A stretch of DNA of 64,000 nt from Camelus dromedarius (GCF_036321535.1 NC_087436.1:48734001-48798000); one strand, 5' to 3'; positions 1-14,319 are shown, counted from the first letter of the stretch. Made by a program: numbers and translations. The notes: generated by a model from the sequence alone, not told the origin.

Positions 1-496
1 AACCTCCTAATGTTGTTGTAGTGTTGAAAATAGAGAATATATATAAAATACCTGGGCATTGTGAGAGCTAAATAAATATTTGCTTTTATAAGCAACTGAT
101 GCCAATGAAAAATAACTTGCTAAGTTAATCAAAATCTATCTTTCTCAGAGCGCATTACAAACTGGTCAAGGGATGAAGGGAATTCAATCACAAAGATCAA
201 AGAGCTCAGAGTTGGAAGGGACCTCAAAACTTCAAGCCAAACCTCCTACCGGGCTTTGAGTCTTAAAGTGTTTTCATTTAGCTGAGATCCAAGGGGGCTA
301 ACAATTTGCAAAAGCTTCCCAACCAGTTAGAGGAAGATCGAGGAGGAGCAGAATGTAAGGCTTCTAACATTTAACATGTTACTAATGATGCAATTCTCTT
401 TCTCAAAAAGCATTTTCATTATTAATAGTGAATAAGAGGATGAAATTCTTTTAATTGTCCTCCAATTAAATAGATTTTAAAAGATTTACCATTCTT

Positions 497-644
497 GGGG
501 TGAGAGTATAGCTTAGTGGTAGAGCGCATGCTTGGCGTGCACAAGGTCCTGGGTTTAATCCCCAGTGCCTCCGTTAAGGGCGTTAAAAAAAAAAAAGGCA
601 AAACAAAACATAATGAAAATAAATAAATACAACTAAAAAAAAAA
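497..644 (+). mobile_element. tRNA-derived SINE (camelid Vic-1 type)
   Basis: Head ggggtgagagtatagcttagtggtagagcgcatgctt...gtcctgggtttaatcccc with Pol III A/B boxes, A-rich tail, degenerate TSD (ttaccattctt / tcaccactctt). Confidence 0.85.
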
Positions 645-799
645 GTCACCACTCTTATATTTTTATCTTTCAGCCAAATTGCATCTCATATATTTGGGGA
701 TAATAGTCACGGAAAAGTGATTTGCATGAGAACTTAAATTCTTTTATCAGACAGTAGAGGAGGCTTATGATTGTTTACTGTGTCACACGGCTTCCCTAC

Positions 800-892
800 C
801 TTGATTGCAGGTTTTCCCAGCATATCCAGGATGACACTTGCACTTGTTAGGTCCGATACATTCACCATGTTTGCACTGTGGCTGGCATACAG
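800..892 (-). CDS. NPNT: NPNT exon 3, EGF-like repeat (P/A)[30 protein letters not shown](D); 93 nt
   Basis: Acceptor cctcttttcacag|CT and donor AAG|gtaggg. Six-cysteine EGF spacing, phase 1-1. Confidence 0.97.
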
Positions 893-1678
893 CTGTGAAA
901 AGAGGATAGCAGGCATTATTTCTAGGTCAGCAGCACATCAACCATATGGTATATACGTCAGGTTCTCGTTTGACAATAAAAGAAAAAACTAAGAATTTAC
1001 AATAGAGTAATAGAAATATACAAAATCACTGTGTCTTGGAGCAGTAAGCACTGTCTAGACTACACACTCTCACACACTTGTGTTACATACGTGTGTCTGT
1101 GTGGGTGTTGCTTGGGGCTGGAAATTTTGCTAACTTGAGAACAATACTCAAATAGTCAAAAAAGAAAAAAAAAGCTGGAAAACTACACATACACACAACT
1201 GGTATTTTTCAATAGTTACAATTTCATAATAATCTGCACCCATAACTTCAAACTCATTTTCTCAAATATGCTTCAAAACATAGTTCTTAATCTAAAGATA
1301 GTGGTTAAGTATGAACTCAGATAAATTTCCAATTAAATAATAAAATATTTATTTTATTGGAAATGGTATTTCTAAGTATGCAATGGTTCAAAATGAATTA
1401 AAACCAAAGCTCAATATTTTAGGAACTTCAACTTAAGGATACTTCTGTCATTTGCCCTTTCTTAACCTAAAGTTGCACTGTAATTGCTCATCAATCTATA
1501 GCCTATAGATATAAAGTCTGCAGCCTACACAGAAACTAGAAAGTTCTATTTAACATGTCCAGTCTTCCATAATTGAGTTTATCGTCCCTAAAGACCCTAA
1601 AATGCTGTAAATCATCACTCATATCATCATAGTCTTCAATCCCTGCCAAGATACTGGTAAGAATTTATTCCATTTATA

Positions 1679-1890
1679 CAGTGATTCTCAGCTGGGGGTA
1701 CTTTTGCTCCCTGTGGGGCATTTAGCACAAATGGACACATTTTTTATTGTCGCACTGGGAAGAGGGTGCTCCTGGCATCTAGCGGGTAGAATACAGGGGT
1801 GCCGCTAAACATCCTATAAAGCTCAGATAACCCCCAACAAAAACAAATTATCCAGCCCAACATGGGATGGTGCCAGATGGAGGAATCTTT
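1679..1890. mobile_element. MER20-like hAT-Charlie DNA transposon relic
   Basis: Begins cagtgattctca; contains ctggcatctagcgggtaga, gctaaacatcctata and aattatccagccc, typical of MER20. Confidence 0.75.
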
Positions 1891-4264
1891 TTCTACAGCA
1901 AGTATGTGTATAGTGCTATGGCAGATACTGAAATAGATGAAAAATCACTATATAGTACAGTCATTGGTCTCAAAGAGCTTACAATCTAGACCAAGAGACA
2001 AAATAATGTTTTTAATTCAAGGCAATATTTATTTATGAGCAAGATGGGCACATATGAAAGTTATAAAGAAATCATCATACAAGCATATCCATAAAGAGTT
2101 GCACAGAAAGCCTCAAAGAGATCTTGAGTTGGATGTTGAAGCCTGGGTAGAAAGAGAAGGGGGTGGACCATCTGAGGTGTAGAGAATTGGACAGCAAAAC
2201 AGACCATCATTTATTTAGGGGACACTGAGAAGGCTTGTCAAACTAAAGAGATGAATAAATGGATAAATGCTGGAGGAAGAGGAAGAGGTAGACAACCACG
2301 GGTGAGTGCTGTCAGACGATGATGCTCCCTAAACTTCAGACTGTGGAACAGCACTTTATCTACAAGGAATGAAAGTTTATCATCATCATCAAGAGAATTA
2401 CTTGACAAAAATAAAACTCTGGGAATATTAGCATGGTGATAATACGTGGGGTGGACTGAAGTCCAGCTGACACGTGGAAGGCATGATCTGTGTTTGCACC
2501 AGGAAGAGACGGGCTTCAGTAACCCCTGAGTGAAGAGCAGACAGGTCTTGGAGACCAAGGGGAGTGAGGTCAGCAGTGACCCTGCGTCCTCCAGTCCCTG
2601 ACACCTGCTCCTTCCCGTATTAGCCAACGCTCTTCTCCTTTCTGGGAGATGCTCCTAGTTTTGGACAATTCTCAAACATCGTTTCCTTCAAAACATTTCT
2701 GTGAAACTGATGTGCAGGCTGTTTTTGGTGTTCTTCTACATTTCCTCACTCAGCTCTCCCCAGCTGTCCCTTCGCCTGGCCCTCCACAGGCTTATCTGCC
2801 CATCTTACTTTCAGGTCCCTCCTGCCTGTTTATTTGTCACCCCAAGTGGACCCTGTACCATCACTAATCCTTAGTGCTGCTCTGTAGGTATTTAATTCAA
2901 AAGCTTGCAGAAAGAAAGGATAAGCAGAGTGTAAAGGGTAATGGCAGAGTAATGTACTGGGAAAATTCATATAATCTGATTTTAGATATGGCATGACATT
3001 GGACGGGAAACAATTCGGTTCAGATCTGTGAGAAGCAAACTACCGAGGACAGCCCTCCGATATTATGCTTCAGTCAACTGTATACCTGGCAAGTGGTTTA
3101 TATGCAGTTTTAAAAACAAGTCCCAGGAACAAGCCATCCTTTATGTAATTTCCAGGCCCATCACCAAGAAACGCAAGCTAAAAGACGTTTTCTTTTTAAT
3201 CTTAAAAAAAAAAAAGATGTTCCATAAATCCTAACAATTATATGTGAACACAACCTGAATGAATCAGGTGTCTGGGGCACCCAGGGTGCCACATTTAAAA
3301 AGAAAACATAAGCACCTCAAAATAATTAAATGCTAGTCAAGGTAACAACCTCCCCAAATGCTTAGCATTTGGAAACATCTCTAAAAGCATGAAAAAAGTT
3401 TAGGAGGTACCACTGGAGAACATGAAAAAGTTCATTTAGAAGAGAACACTTTATGAAGGTTGTGTTGCCTCCTGACCCCCGACCACCTCGATGATCATTC
3501 AGGTGCTTTCAGGTGCTTTACAGAAACCACAGTTTTTATTGTCCCCTCCCTCTTTCGTTGTTTGTTCTCTGTGGAGTGCCTTAATCTTGGGCACATCAAA
3601 TGCCCACATTCCAAGAGGCCCAGACTGTTCATGTTTCTTCCATGTTTAGGGAGCCAGTGTTTTCAAACTACTGTTTACACTTCTACCCCGCAGACTATTC
3701 ACTGAAGTCACCAACGACCTATATACTAGCCAACAGCTATTAAATGGAAAAGGATACTCACAATGCTGATGTAACAATTTTTTCCTCTTACAAAAATGTT
3801 GTACAAGAGAACTTTCTCCTATTATCTTATTGGCATTAGGTCTGCGCTGGAATTCAGCAAACATATACTGAACACTCAGCACATACAATTATCATACTAA
3901 GTGGGAGGGGATGAGGGAGTCATAGAATATATGAAAATTAACTGTGAAATTTTAACATATTGGCTGAAACTTAACAAGGGCTATGATAGAGAGCTGAGAT
4001 GAGAGAATAGGGTGGGGCAGAGAGTAACTGAGGTCCTGGAAAGGCCTCTTTTAGGAAATGTGATCTGAGCAATGCCTTAGAGGTAAGAGGCAGAGGGGGT
4101 TGGGATGGGAGACACAGCCTTTAGGAATATGAACAAAGGATGGGGGAGGACACTGAAGGGAGGTCTCAGGGAGTGCCCGGGTTCTGGTGGAGCTACAGTA
4201 CCAAGTGCTTAGAACAGCAGATGTGATCACAACATATGCTAATTAAGGCAGATGATAAAAGGCA

Positions 4265-4670
4265 TTGGTGGCAGACATTGCTGGGTGCTCACCAATGTCT
4301 ATTTTTCCCTTCTTTAAAATAGAATGGCTTTTTTCTGGAGTGGGTAATGAGTGGAACACTACATTCCCTGTCCTCCCTGGCATACTGGGGAGCCAAGTGA
4401 CTAAACTTGGGGCAACTGTACGTAAACAGAAGTTAGTGGGTGAGGCTTTTGGAACTTCAAAGCCGCCTGAAAAGGTGGCTGACTAGTATGCCCTCCTCTG
4501 TCTTCTTGCCTAGAATGTAGAGCCACTTTGTGAGCATGAGGTAAATCTTGAAAATGGAAAAGAGGCAGAGCTAGAAGTCAGAGTATTAACCCTAAATGGC
4601 CAACTTAGCAATTAAGGATACTGTTTTTTGTGTCACTGTTATTTGCAGCCACATACGATTACAACGTAAG
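4265..4670. mobile_element. Old MaLR (MLT1-like) LTR relic
   Basis: Degenerate MLT1 motifs (acattccctgtcctccctggca, gtgactaa, ctgttatttgcagc). Confidence 0.5.
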
Positions 4671-7029
4671 TCCAATTATAATACAGTTCCTAACTGGCTA
4701 TCCTTGAGCACGAGGCTGTGGAATTTGGACTTAATCTGTGTTTACCATAAAGCTAGCAAATGTTTTCTTCAGATACACACTTAGGATAAAAATGTTATGA
4801 GTAAATCCTAGTAACGAAATATAACTTGTCAAATTTATTTTATATCTACAGTATCACATACTCATAGAAGTCTAAAGAACTTCATTTCTATATCTTAAAA
4901 AATAGATTAGAAAAATACATACCCCTCTTGAGACTAGAGAAAAATGATTCCCAATTTCTGCATGAACTGACCCACCTTCTGACAACCTATCCCGCTGTAA
5001 TGTGAGCTCTCAGTAGCCAAAACACACATACCTCGACAACCTGCTGTGAACAGCAGGTCAGGAAAAAAACAAAAGTATAAGTGGACTATTTTTAGTAATC
5101 TATTTTAGAAAGTCTTCTAAAAACATCAAAAATAGATGAGATACTTGCTTTGTAGGAAATAATGTATCTGTTGCTACAGGCTAATCAGAAAAGGCAACAC
5201 TGTCTCTCCAACCTTCACGTGTGTCAGGGACAAGCAGTTTGGGTCACATCTGGTCCACTGTCCGCTAGCATCCACACATGGTTTAGAAGCTCAGTAAATA
5301 AAGTCAGGCAAGGATCACAGAGAGTCAATAAATGACAGATTTCTCCCCTCAAAATCAGATGCCAGAATTAAGCTCAAATGGGCAAATCACACTCGAAATT
5401 TAGTCTCTAACATTCCTGCAACACAATCTCCAAAGTGCCCTTAAAATAACCCCTAAGTCATTACTTTAACTAGAAAAAGAAACAAGTCTCAACTGGCAAA
5501 GCAAACATAGCTCTTTAATGTCACATGCCCAAGCCTCTTCTGTTTGACTGCGATCTAAAATCTTACTGTTAAAAATTCATCCTAGCTGATGTAACTGGGC
5601 TTCTGAGAATTGGATAATATTTTCTGACACTGAGTTGGACAACGTTATCAAATAAGTTACAGGAAAATTAAACTCCCACATCAGTTCTGTGTAATATTTC
5701 TCATGTAATCTCATCACACTTGGGAATCAAGTGCCAACATTTGTTTGAAAAGAAAAAAATGACATGATGAGATGCCTAAGCAGATGGTGGCTCTGGAAAG
5801 TGACAAGGAAAAAGCCAACTCAACTGTAGGTGTTGTTAGTAACCTGAGAAAATTTTTCTTAACGTAAATAAGATTATGTTTCAAATACTAAGACTCATTT
5901 GTAATTTTTGCCATCTACCTCATGTTACTGTTCAGACCTGGCACCACTAAAAGCAGAACAAAGACCCCTGTCCTCCAGGGTATGTAATTTAGACACAAAG
6001 GTGACTGGAAGTACACAGGGCAGGGCAGAACGATGAATGGATACAAAACGGGGAGATTTCCAAGAGCTCTCATTACATCTCACAAGTACCACAGAACTCA
6101 GATATGGACAAACTCATATGACGGGGACAAGAACATACAATCAGGAATATCTTTTTTCAAAGAGCAATTGGCTTTGGAAGAGAGAGAGTTGCTGAAGGAA
6201 GCATTAAACAAATCATTGCTGTATTAATGGAACCTGGAAAGAATGGAGGCAGAATTTTACAGGGCTCCTCTGGAAAAGGCCTTGAGTCTCCCTGTATTAC
6301 AGGGACAACAAATCCAGTGGGAAGAACCGTACAGACTGCAGCATCCCCAGGGGAAGTAACTCTCCAGCCTTCCCACTGTCCTGTATTCTAGTGTCCAACA
6401 TCCAATTTTCAAATCCAAATTCTCACTGTAGTAAAAACTGAAATAAAAGTGCCTCTGATTGTCATCACTATAAAATACTATCTGTTACACAATCTCGTGA
6501 ATACAGAACGTGAAACCATTTTATATGACTGATTAAATTTACCCTCACAACATCCATATAAGGCAGGAGAGAGACAGACATAATCCTCACTTCACCAGCA
6601 GACAAGCAAAAGCCCAGAAGGTTAAGTGACTTGCCTGATTTCAGTAAAAATTTCTTAGCCCAGTTCCATGGTCAATTTGCTAATTCTTCTGGTATTCAGA
6701 AAAAGGCAGAAACCTTGCACTTTGAGTGGATTTAGAAGGGAGGAGAGTCAGATTATAGAAAAACACTAAACACAGAAGGATAAGAGGGGTAGAGAATATC
6801 AATAGTAATTAAAGGTGTAAAGGTAATTAAGTTACATTTCCAGGAAGGAAAAGTCAAAGTTGAGAACACTATAATTTAAGAAAATTAAAGTAACCCTGCC
6901 AGAATATTTCAGCATAAAAGAATCTCTTTACTCTATTGTTTGTTTTGTATGGAACCCAGATTCTGAATCATTAATGAAGTATAGAAATGTTCTCTCTTTG
7001 ATGTATCACATCTATGACTTTTTTTGGCT

Positions 7030-8060
7030 CTCATGGGTTACATAATATTTTTTATTAAGAACTTAAACAATTCACAAACTATAGTCAAACATTTAGTCAA
7101 CAGATAGTAATTGATAACAACTGAATAATAAAAGAATCCATGGGTCCAAAGTGAGTCTAAAAAAGAAGAGAACAGAGCTCTTTTTTTATAGAGGAATGCC
7201 AATGAAGGATTGACAGAATTTGAAAAACACAATTTTACAACTACCACTGAAATAATCTGAGCAAAAACTATCCACAGATATTAAAACTTTCACTGGGTGT
7301 AAGTTTGCTGGGAAAGAGGATGTTCAAACTATTTCAATGTGTCACTCCACAGATTACTTACTCATTACAAAGGGAAGAAGGTGACTTTCAGTGGAAAAAA
7401 TCTGGTGGACAGAATTTTAAATGATCAAACTTAGCATCACGAATAATAAAATAAAAATGACATTATGGGAAATGGGAATGTCATAACATATGATCATCTA
7501 TGTAATATTCTTGCAAAAAAGATTTAACCTGCATCTAATGATAAGGGAAACTCAGACGAGGTTAGATGTGCAACATTCTACCAAGAAATTGACCTGTACT
7601 CTTGAAAAATAACATTGTTAAGAAGCACATTAAAAAGAAAGAGGTAGATCTAAAACTGTTCTTAAGCCATTCAAAGTTAAAGGAAACCAAAGAGGAATGT
7701 CAACTAAATGCAATATGTGGTCCTTGACTGGATCTGGATCAATAAGAAAAAATCCATGAAAACCATTTTGAGAGTAATTTGGGAAATCTAAATATGGACT
7801 GTGTATTAGATAATATTGTACCTATGTTAAATTTCGTAAGTGTGATAATATGCATGCATTTTGAAGTATGCAGGTACGAAAAGCCATTATGTCTGTAAGT
7901 TACTTTCAAATGGTTCAGTAAAATATATACACATAAAGAGAGCATGCAAGCAAGTGCGTGCATGTGTGCAAATGTGTAACATGTTAACAACTGTACATGT
8001 TGCTATACTTTTAACTCCTCTGTGTATTCGAAAATTTTCAAATACAAAAATAGTTAAAAT
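7030..8060 (+). mobile_element. Old L1 (L1MC/ME-like) 3' region
   Basis: Motifs caactaaatgcaatatgtggtccttgactggatc, aatatggactgtgtattagataatatt and gttactttcaaatggttcag. Confidence 0.65.
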
Positions 8061-8184
8061 TTATAAACACGAGTAGGATAATACCCGTATCTTAATAAAT
8101 ACTACTTAACTACCTTGACAGGTATTCCTTCCTTTGTGAGCTGTTGCTCACTTACCAGCACACTCTAGAGAGGGGCAAATGCAC

Positions 8185-8460
8185 AGATGCTGGAGTTAGG
8201 CTGCTGAGGTCCCAGCCCTACTGCTTAGAAGATGCATGGCCTGTACAGATTACCCAGCTACTATCTGCTCTAAAATGGAGACCATAGGTTGAACAAGAGG
8301 ACAGTGTCAACACTGCGATTTTTTAACTTAAAAAATAGTAAACCAACATGGTGCACATAGAATTTACTCATAGGTCTATTGGGAGGCTTAAATGAGAATA
8401 TCTAAATAAAGTACTTAGAACAGTGTCCATTTCATACTAAGAGCTCGATGAAATTCTCAT
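8185..8460. mobile_element. MIR SINE relic
   Basis: ctaaaatggag...ttgggaggcttaaatgagaatatctaaataaagtacttagaacagtg core. Confidence 0.6.
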
Positions 8461-11199
8461 TATAGGTAACATTTTAAGAATGACAAAGAGGAATAGTTCC
8501 AGAGTCCTAAGATACTATATTAAAGACTGAGGATATTAAAATCAATGAAAGACCAAGTCCTCGTCCTCAAGTAGGTAAATCCAGTAAGCAAGGATGTCCT
8601 AGTAACAGATGTGCGTAGAGAATACACAAGAGGAAGTGATCAATTACAAAGGTTTAAGAGAGTCAGAAAAGGCTTTGGAAAGGAAGTAGTGCTAAAAAAT
8701 TTCTTTAAAAAAATAAATTTACAAGACATCTGATGTCATAATGTAAGAATTCACTGGAATATAATGAAACACATTCAAGTATTTCTTTTAGAAAAAAAAT
8801 CATATTTGTTTCAGCTGAGGAGATGATGCTCTGATCAGTACCTGTACTGGGCAATCAACACCAAAGGACAGAAAGTTTTAATGTAACCATCACCACTTCT
8901 TTCAGCAACCAAAATCCCTATATTTGAAGAGTGGCTGATATATAATGAGTTGAGACAGATATTAATTATTTAAAAAATGGAACCAATTTTCTAATTGTGC
9001 ATTAGAATTATAGGATGTTAGCCATTAGTCAGTTTGGGTCATGGTTTGTTTTTATTTTTTTTCTAAGGAAAGCATTAACTCACTCATTGTTCCGAATTTA
9101 CCTGATAGATAACCTTAAACAGAAACTTGGAAACAACTTAGCTGTCCATCAATAAGGGATGGATTAAATAAGTGAAGGCACAAGGGTCTCCCTGCCCCCA
9201 GTACCGTGGACTTCGATCCAGTCCTAATCTGCTACTGGAGGGGCCTTGCTAATCACGGGCTTCCGCATGATCTCACCATGCCAGTCCCCCCCGTCACTGA
9301 CTGACTCCTTGTCATGCTTACGTAGAGCCCATCTCACTGGTTCGAGCCCTTAGGACGGCATTCGACCCCACCTTTCATGATCTGACTCCTGTCTATCCCA
9401 CCAGCCTCATGTCCAAGGACAACCACAAATATACCAACTAATCGCAGTTCCCAGGAAATAACCTACTCTAATACCTCCACGCTCTTCCGTGGAGTGTCAC
9501 TCTTCCCCTTTGCTGGACATCCTGATAGGCTTCAATAGTCAGCTTACACAGTATTTGCTTTGGTCTCTCATTCTGAGTTTGGAGCCCTCCTCAGTGCTTT
9601 CATCACCCCCGTGCACACCTCTGCCATACAGTTTATATATCTACTTATATATGCACCTGTTTTGTGCTATGTTATCAGTCAGTTTTCATATCTAGCACCC
9701 CCGCCAGGCTTTGAGCTCTTTTAAGTACACAGTACCTGCTCTGAAAGAGCATAGTCTCCTGACAAAGACAGACATGACAGGTGTACGCAGCATTAAAAGA
9801 ATGGAGGAAAAAAAAGAACAGAGAAGGACTTTCTCTGCAGACAGGCGAGAGTAGGAAAAATGTCAGGAAAGACAAGAGGAAATGTGAGCTGCATCTTAAA
9901 GGATGCTTAGGAATTCACCATGTGGTTGCGTGAAGGGCCTTTCATTCAAGACACACAGCACAAGCAAAGCCAGAAAAGCATGAGGCAGGACAGGGTCTGG
10001 CAACGCAAAGGCAGTCCACCGTGACCACGACCACATAGCAAAAAAGCATCCTTCTAAGACAAGGCCATCACCAGATTGAAGAGCCCTGTACATAAAGAAT
10101 CAAGATTCCGTCCATTACTGCAAACAATCAATGGACTAGAAGCAGCAGACGACAATCACGTTGCACTTTATGTGTTTTCAAGCATGTAAATTGATTTCTT
10201 TTAAGAACCTTAATCAAGAGTTAAGATCTATGGCATGCAATAAGGTCATAAGACAGGCAGACAAATTAAGTATATTCATTTTCCAAGTAAACTGTTTTTC
10301 CTAAAACCATGATCGGCTTGTTAGGATTACATCCTGTTCATCTTATGCCTTTGATATAGAAGTGCCCAGTCCTTCCACCTTCAAAGTACTGACTGAGCAA
10401 GACGAGCCGGCACTGAAGAAGCTAAGGGCGTGTAAGGCCCAGGCCCCAGTTCACAGAGCTCACAGACTAGCAGAACAAACAACACAGGGCCACCAATAAC
10501 CACACTGCAGGGCAGGATGGGATAAGCTCTGTGCCAGTGTAACAACCAAGTGCAGAGAATGAAGAGGACACATCCTGCCCCTGACGTCAGGAGGGCGTGG
10601 AGGAGCAGGTGGCATCGGAGCCGGGGCTGATTCTCAGGATGTTCAGCTAAGAAAGAGTACAAACTCCAAACACAAGTGTGGTCATTTGTTCCTAACAAGG
10701 ATTCACTTTTAGTTGAATATTACTCGGAATTAGGAGAGTGATGTGAAACAGGAAAAGCCAACCAAAAGGGGAAAAAGCCTAGAATGTTTATAGAGTGATT
10801 TTTTTTTTCAGCCCTTGATAGAAACAAATGTTGAATTACTCATTTCTTTTGACTAGAGGCCAAAATGTTCAACCGGAAAGAAATTTTTTTCAAGAACTGA
10901 AAACTATCAGATAACATTTCAGCTGACACACACTATTTTACCTCTTCCATATACTCCTTTTACTGCTTAACGCTGATCCTCTCTGGTGGTGGTTGTGAGG
11001 ATTATCATGTTGACCGAAGGAGGCGGAGGGGAAGGAGGGTGTGAGCAGACAGTGGTGGAGAGATCACCAAATCCCAGCCTGTGCCCGCTCACTCAGACCT
11101 CACCCCTGAGCTCCAGACCCCAGAATCCAACCACGTATCACACCTCTCCACTTCAAGGTCTCATAAGCACGTCACACATACCACATCTAACACCGAAGC

Positions 11200-12510
11200 C
11201 GTCGCCTGCACTTTCTCCACGTTCTCTAGCTGCCAAATAACACACCACAAACTTGGGCGTCACCCTTGATTCCATCTGCCTCACAGCCACCACCATCGCC
11301 TGCCACCACTTTACTGAATGTGAATTAATATGAGCCAGTTCCTGAGCTAGGGGTTTGCCTTTTCTCATTTGACCCTGATAAAAACCCCACGAGGTAGGGC
11401 TGTTGTCTATATTTTACTGCTCAGGAAGGTTAGGTAAGTTTCTCAAAGACACAGTTCATGGCTGCAGCCAGGTCTGTCTCCGAAGCCTGCACTCCCCACC
11501 ACTGTCCTAAGGCATGCCTTGCCCTCCTTTCTTTTTAGTATTTTTCAAATCCCCATTCTTCTCTGTTCCCACCAGTCCTGCTTAAGATAAAACCTAATTC
11601 TTCACCAGGTTTACTGTAACAGCCTCTAGCCCTGAGCCTCAACTATCTAGCTCTTAATCACCAATCAGGAAAATGTTCAGAAATTGGCCCCAGAACCTCA
11701 AATGCGTACAGGCCTCTGGCATTTGCCCAAAGTGAGCCCCATGGTAACATGGAATACATGCTTCTTCCACACAGGGTAAATGCCAAGCAACTCCAGCCCT
11801 TGTGGTTCCTTGTGGCAATGCAGAGATTTTTCAACAAACCCTGGGCCTGACATCCATGTCTCATGAAACACTGACAACTATTTCAAAAAATGTTGAAACA
11901 CCCTGTGAATGAAATCAAGTTCACCTCTACGCTAGATCTGACCCATTGGCACCAGCTTATCACCTCTGAAATATAGACTCAATTATGTAATTTCCCTACT
12001 TAAAATCTATACAGTGTTCCTCTGTAACTTTGGGATAAAGGTTAATCTATTTACTATGACATCAAAGGCCTTCCATGAGTTAGCCCACGCCAACCTCTCC
12101 TCTGGCGTCTCTCATCAGGTGCCCTCCACAGAGACCCCAAGGCCAGATTAAGGTTCTGACATTTCCTGGAATATGCCCTCATTCTGGCTTCTGAAGTATT
12201 AACCCATTTTTCTGTCTGGTAGGGTGACCTTCACTTGACTTACTTATCCCCCAGGATTTAGCTGGGCCACGAGACCATCACTCTTGGGGGATACTGTCTG
12301 CTGAGATATGCCCTCACAGTATCCTACCTCGAAACACGCCTGTCTCAAAACTCACCTGTCATCCAGTAATAGTGGCTTCATCTGCTGGCCTTCAACACTG
12401 ACAGTGACGGATGTAAATGCCTGTAGCTTCCTCTTACTGACAGGTCTGCAGTGGTTGGCCCAGGGTAACACAGGTAATAGCCCTCAGTATGTATCTATTG
12501 AGTGAATGAA
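11200..12510. mobile_element. L2 LINE relics with interleaved fragments
   Basis: Pyrimidine-rich L2 3' motifs, ending in tattgagtgaatgaa. Confidence 0.5.
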
Positions 12511-13090
12511 CCAACTGAACACTACTGAGTCCCTGAAATCTTCCTTGATCCCCTCATATAGGAAGTAATTCTTCCTCTAAACAACCTCAACTCTTTTCCC
12601 CTAACTCTTGCCTATTTTAGAATCCTGGAAGGAATAAGAGACAACAACCATCTTACCAAATCAGCTCCTGGCAAGCAAGAGTCCATATTCTACAAACATT
12701 TGTATTCCTCCCAGCACCTAACTAGCTCCTTGCCTCTAGTAAGCTCTCAAATGTGTGTCAAGTAAATCACTAACTCTAAAAGTAGTTGCACAATTCAAGT
12801 CTCATTCTTTCCAGTTCCTTTTCCTTGCATTAAGTAACCAAAACCATACTTCATTCTGATGTCTGCAAATGGATGTTATTAAAGCAGTGGAGAAGGACTG
12901 GTTCAGAAGCACAGTTAACCACTGGCAGTTTTTATTTTAGAAATGAATAATTTGAGAAATTTTCTACTACTTCCAATGGATTATTTCCAAACAATAGGCA
13001 TGGTAAATAAAATGTATTTTATAATATACTGTATACCATGGATGCTATGATGGACCCCAGTAAAAGAGTGTTCCAAAGTTCATTTGTAGT

Positions 13091-13238
13091 GGGGAGGGCA
13101 CAACTCAAGCCGTAGAGCACATGCTTAGCATGCACGAGGCCCTGGGTTCAATCCCCATTAGCTCCTCTAAAAATAAATTAAACCTAAGTACCTCCCCCAC
13201 CCCCACCAAAATAATAAAATAATAAATAAATATCTTAA
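13091..13238 (+). mobile_element. tRNA-derived SINE (Vic-1 type)
   Basis: ggggagggcacaactcaag...cctgggttcaatcccc head, A-rich tail, TSD aaagttcattt(g/a)ta at 13075-13088 and 13239-13252. Confidence 0.88.
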
Positions 13239-14319
13239 AAAGTTCATTTATATTCTTTATATTGACCTTGCAACAATGATAGCAAACATTTATCAAGAAT
13301 TGTTCTGCATAAGGCACTCCCTCCCCTTACGGCAACAGTCTTGCCCAGTAGGTTTAAAGATTTGGAAATTGTGGCTCAGAAAAGTTAAATAAAATATCTA
13401 GCACGTTATAGTTGGTGAATCACAGGAACAGGTCCTCAAACCTCATTTGCTGGTGACAAAGCCCACATTATACTCTTTGTTCAGTGTTGCCTCCTTGACC
13501 TCGGCCATAGCTCTGCTAGTTTATCCTGTAGCTGATAGTAAATATAAGGTACATATGCTTTGATATTTTTAAGTGTCCCTGAACAAAGAAATTCCTTAAC
13601 TTTTATTTCTGGAACAATTTTGTTCCCAAACGTTTTTATTTAAAATCTACCCTTAAAAACATTTTCTGTGACATGTGATAGTATCCCCCATGTATCAGTT
13701 TAAAGTGCGTGGTCTTCCTGGTACCAGTGTAAATAGAATTTCATATGTTTCACCAAAAATTTCCAATACAGTATCATAAGGGTGATTTGTCAGGTGACAT
13801 TGTCCCAAAATATTTAAAACGAGAAATCCTTCATGTACCAAAACAGTAGCACGGATATTCATAGGTGCTATTAGAACATCCCATACTTTATACAATAAAA
13901 ATATTTCTTACCTGATTTTTTCCATGGAGAATTAATGAATATGAGATACAACTCCCTCAGGTTAATGATAGCATGGTGTTAGTAATTTCATTTGGTGGAC
14001 TTTTTTTTTTTTAATCTGCTTCTTTAAGTATTAACAATATAAACTGTCCTTTAGATTAGAATGGAGGTCAATTTATTAGATTCATAAAACAGGAGAAAGG
14101 AATTATAAACTGAAAGGAAAAAGTTTAATGTAGTAACTGAAATAAAATTATGAACAGGATAAACACATGTCTAAGGAATATAGTTTTCTCCCCAAAAAGC
14201 AACCCAAAAACAGCACTAACATTAAGTTTTATTAATAACTTTGTGAAGTTATTATTTAGAAGTATGCTTTTCAAGATGTGGATTAGCCAAAATTATTTCA
14301 AAAAATATGTTCATCTAAC

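Noticed and set aside
497..575. tRNA-like sequences (also near 13091 and 37575-37645)
   Set aside because: They are followed by A-rich tails and flanked by TSDs, so they are SINE heads and not tRNA genes.
734..916. 60-aa minus-strand [11 protein letters not shown]...
   Set aside because: It overlaps NPNT exon 3 in the wrong frame; the EGF frame is the coding one.
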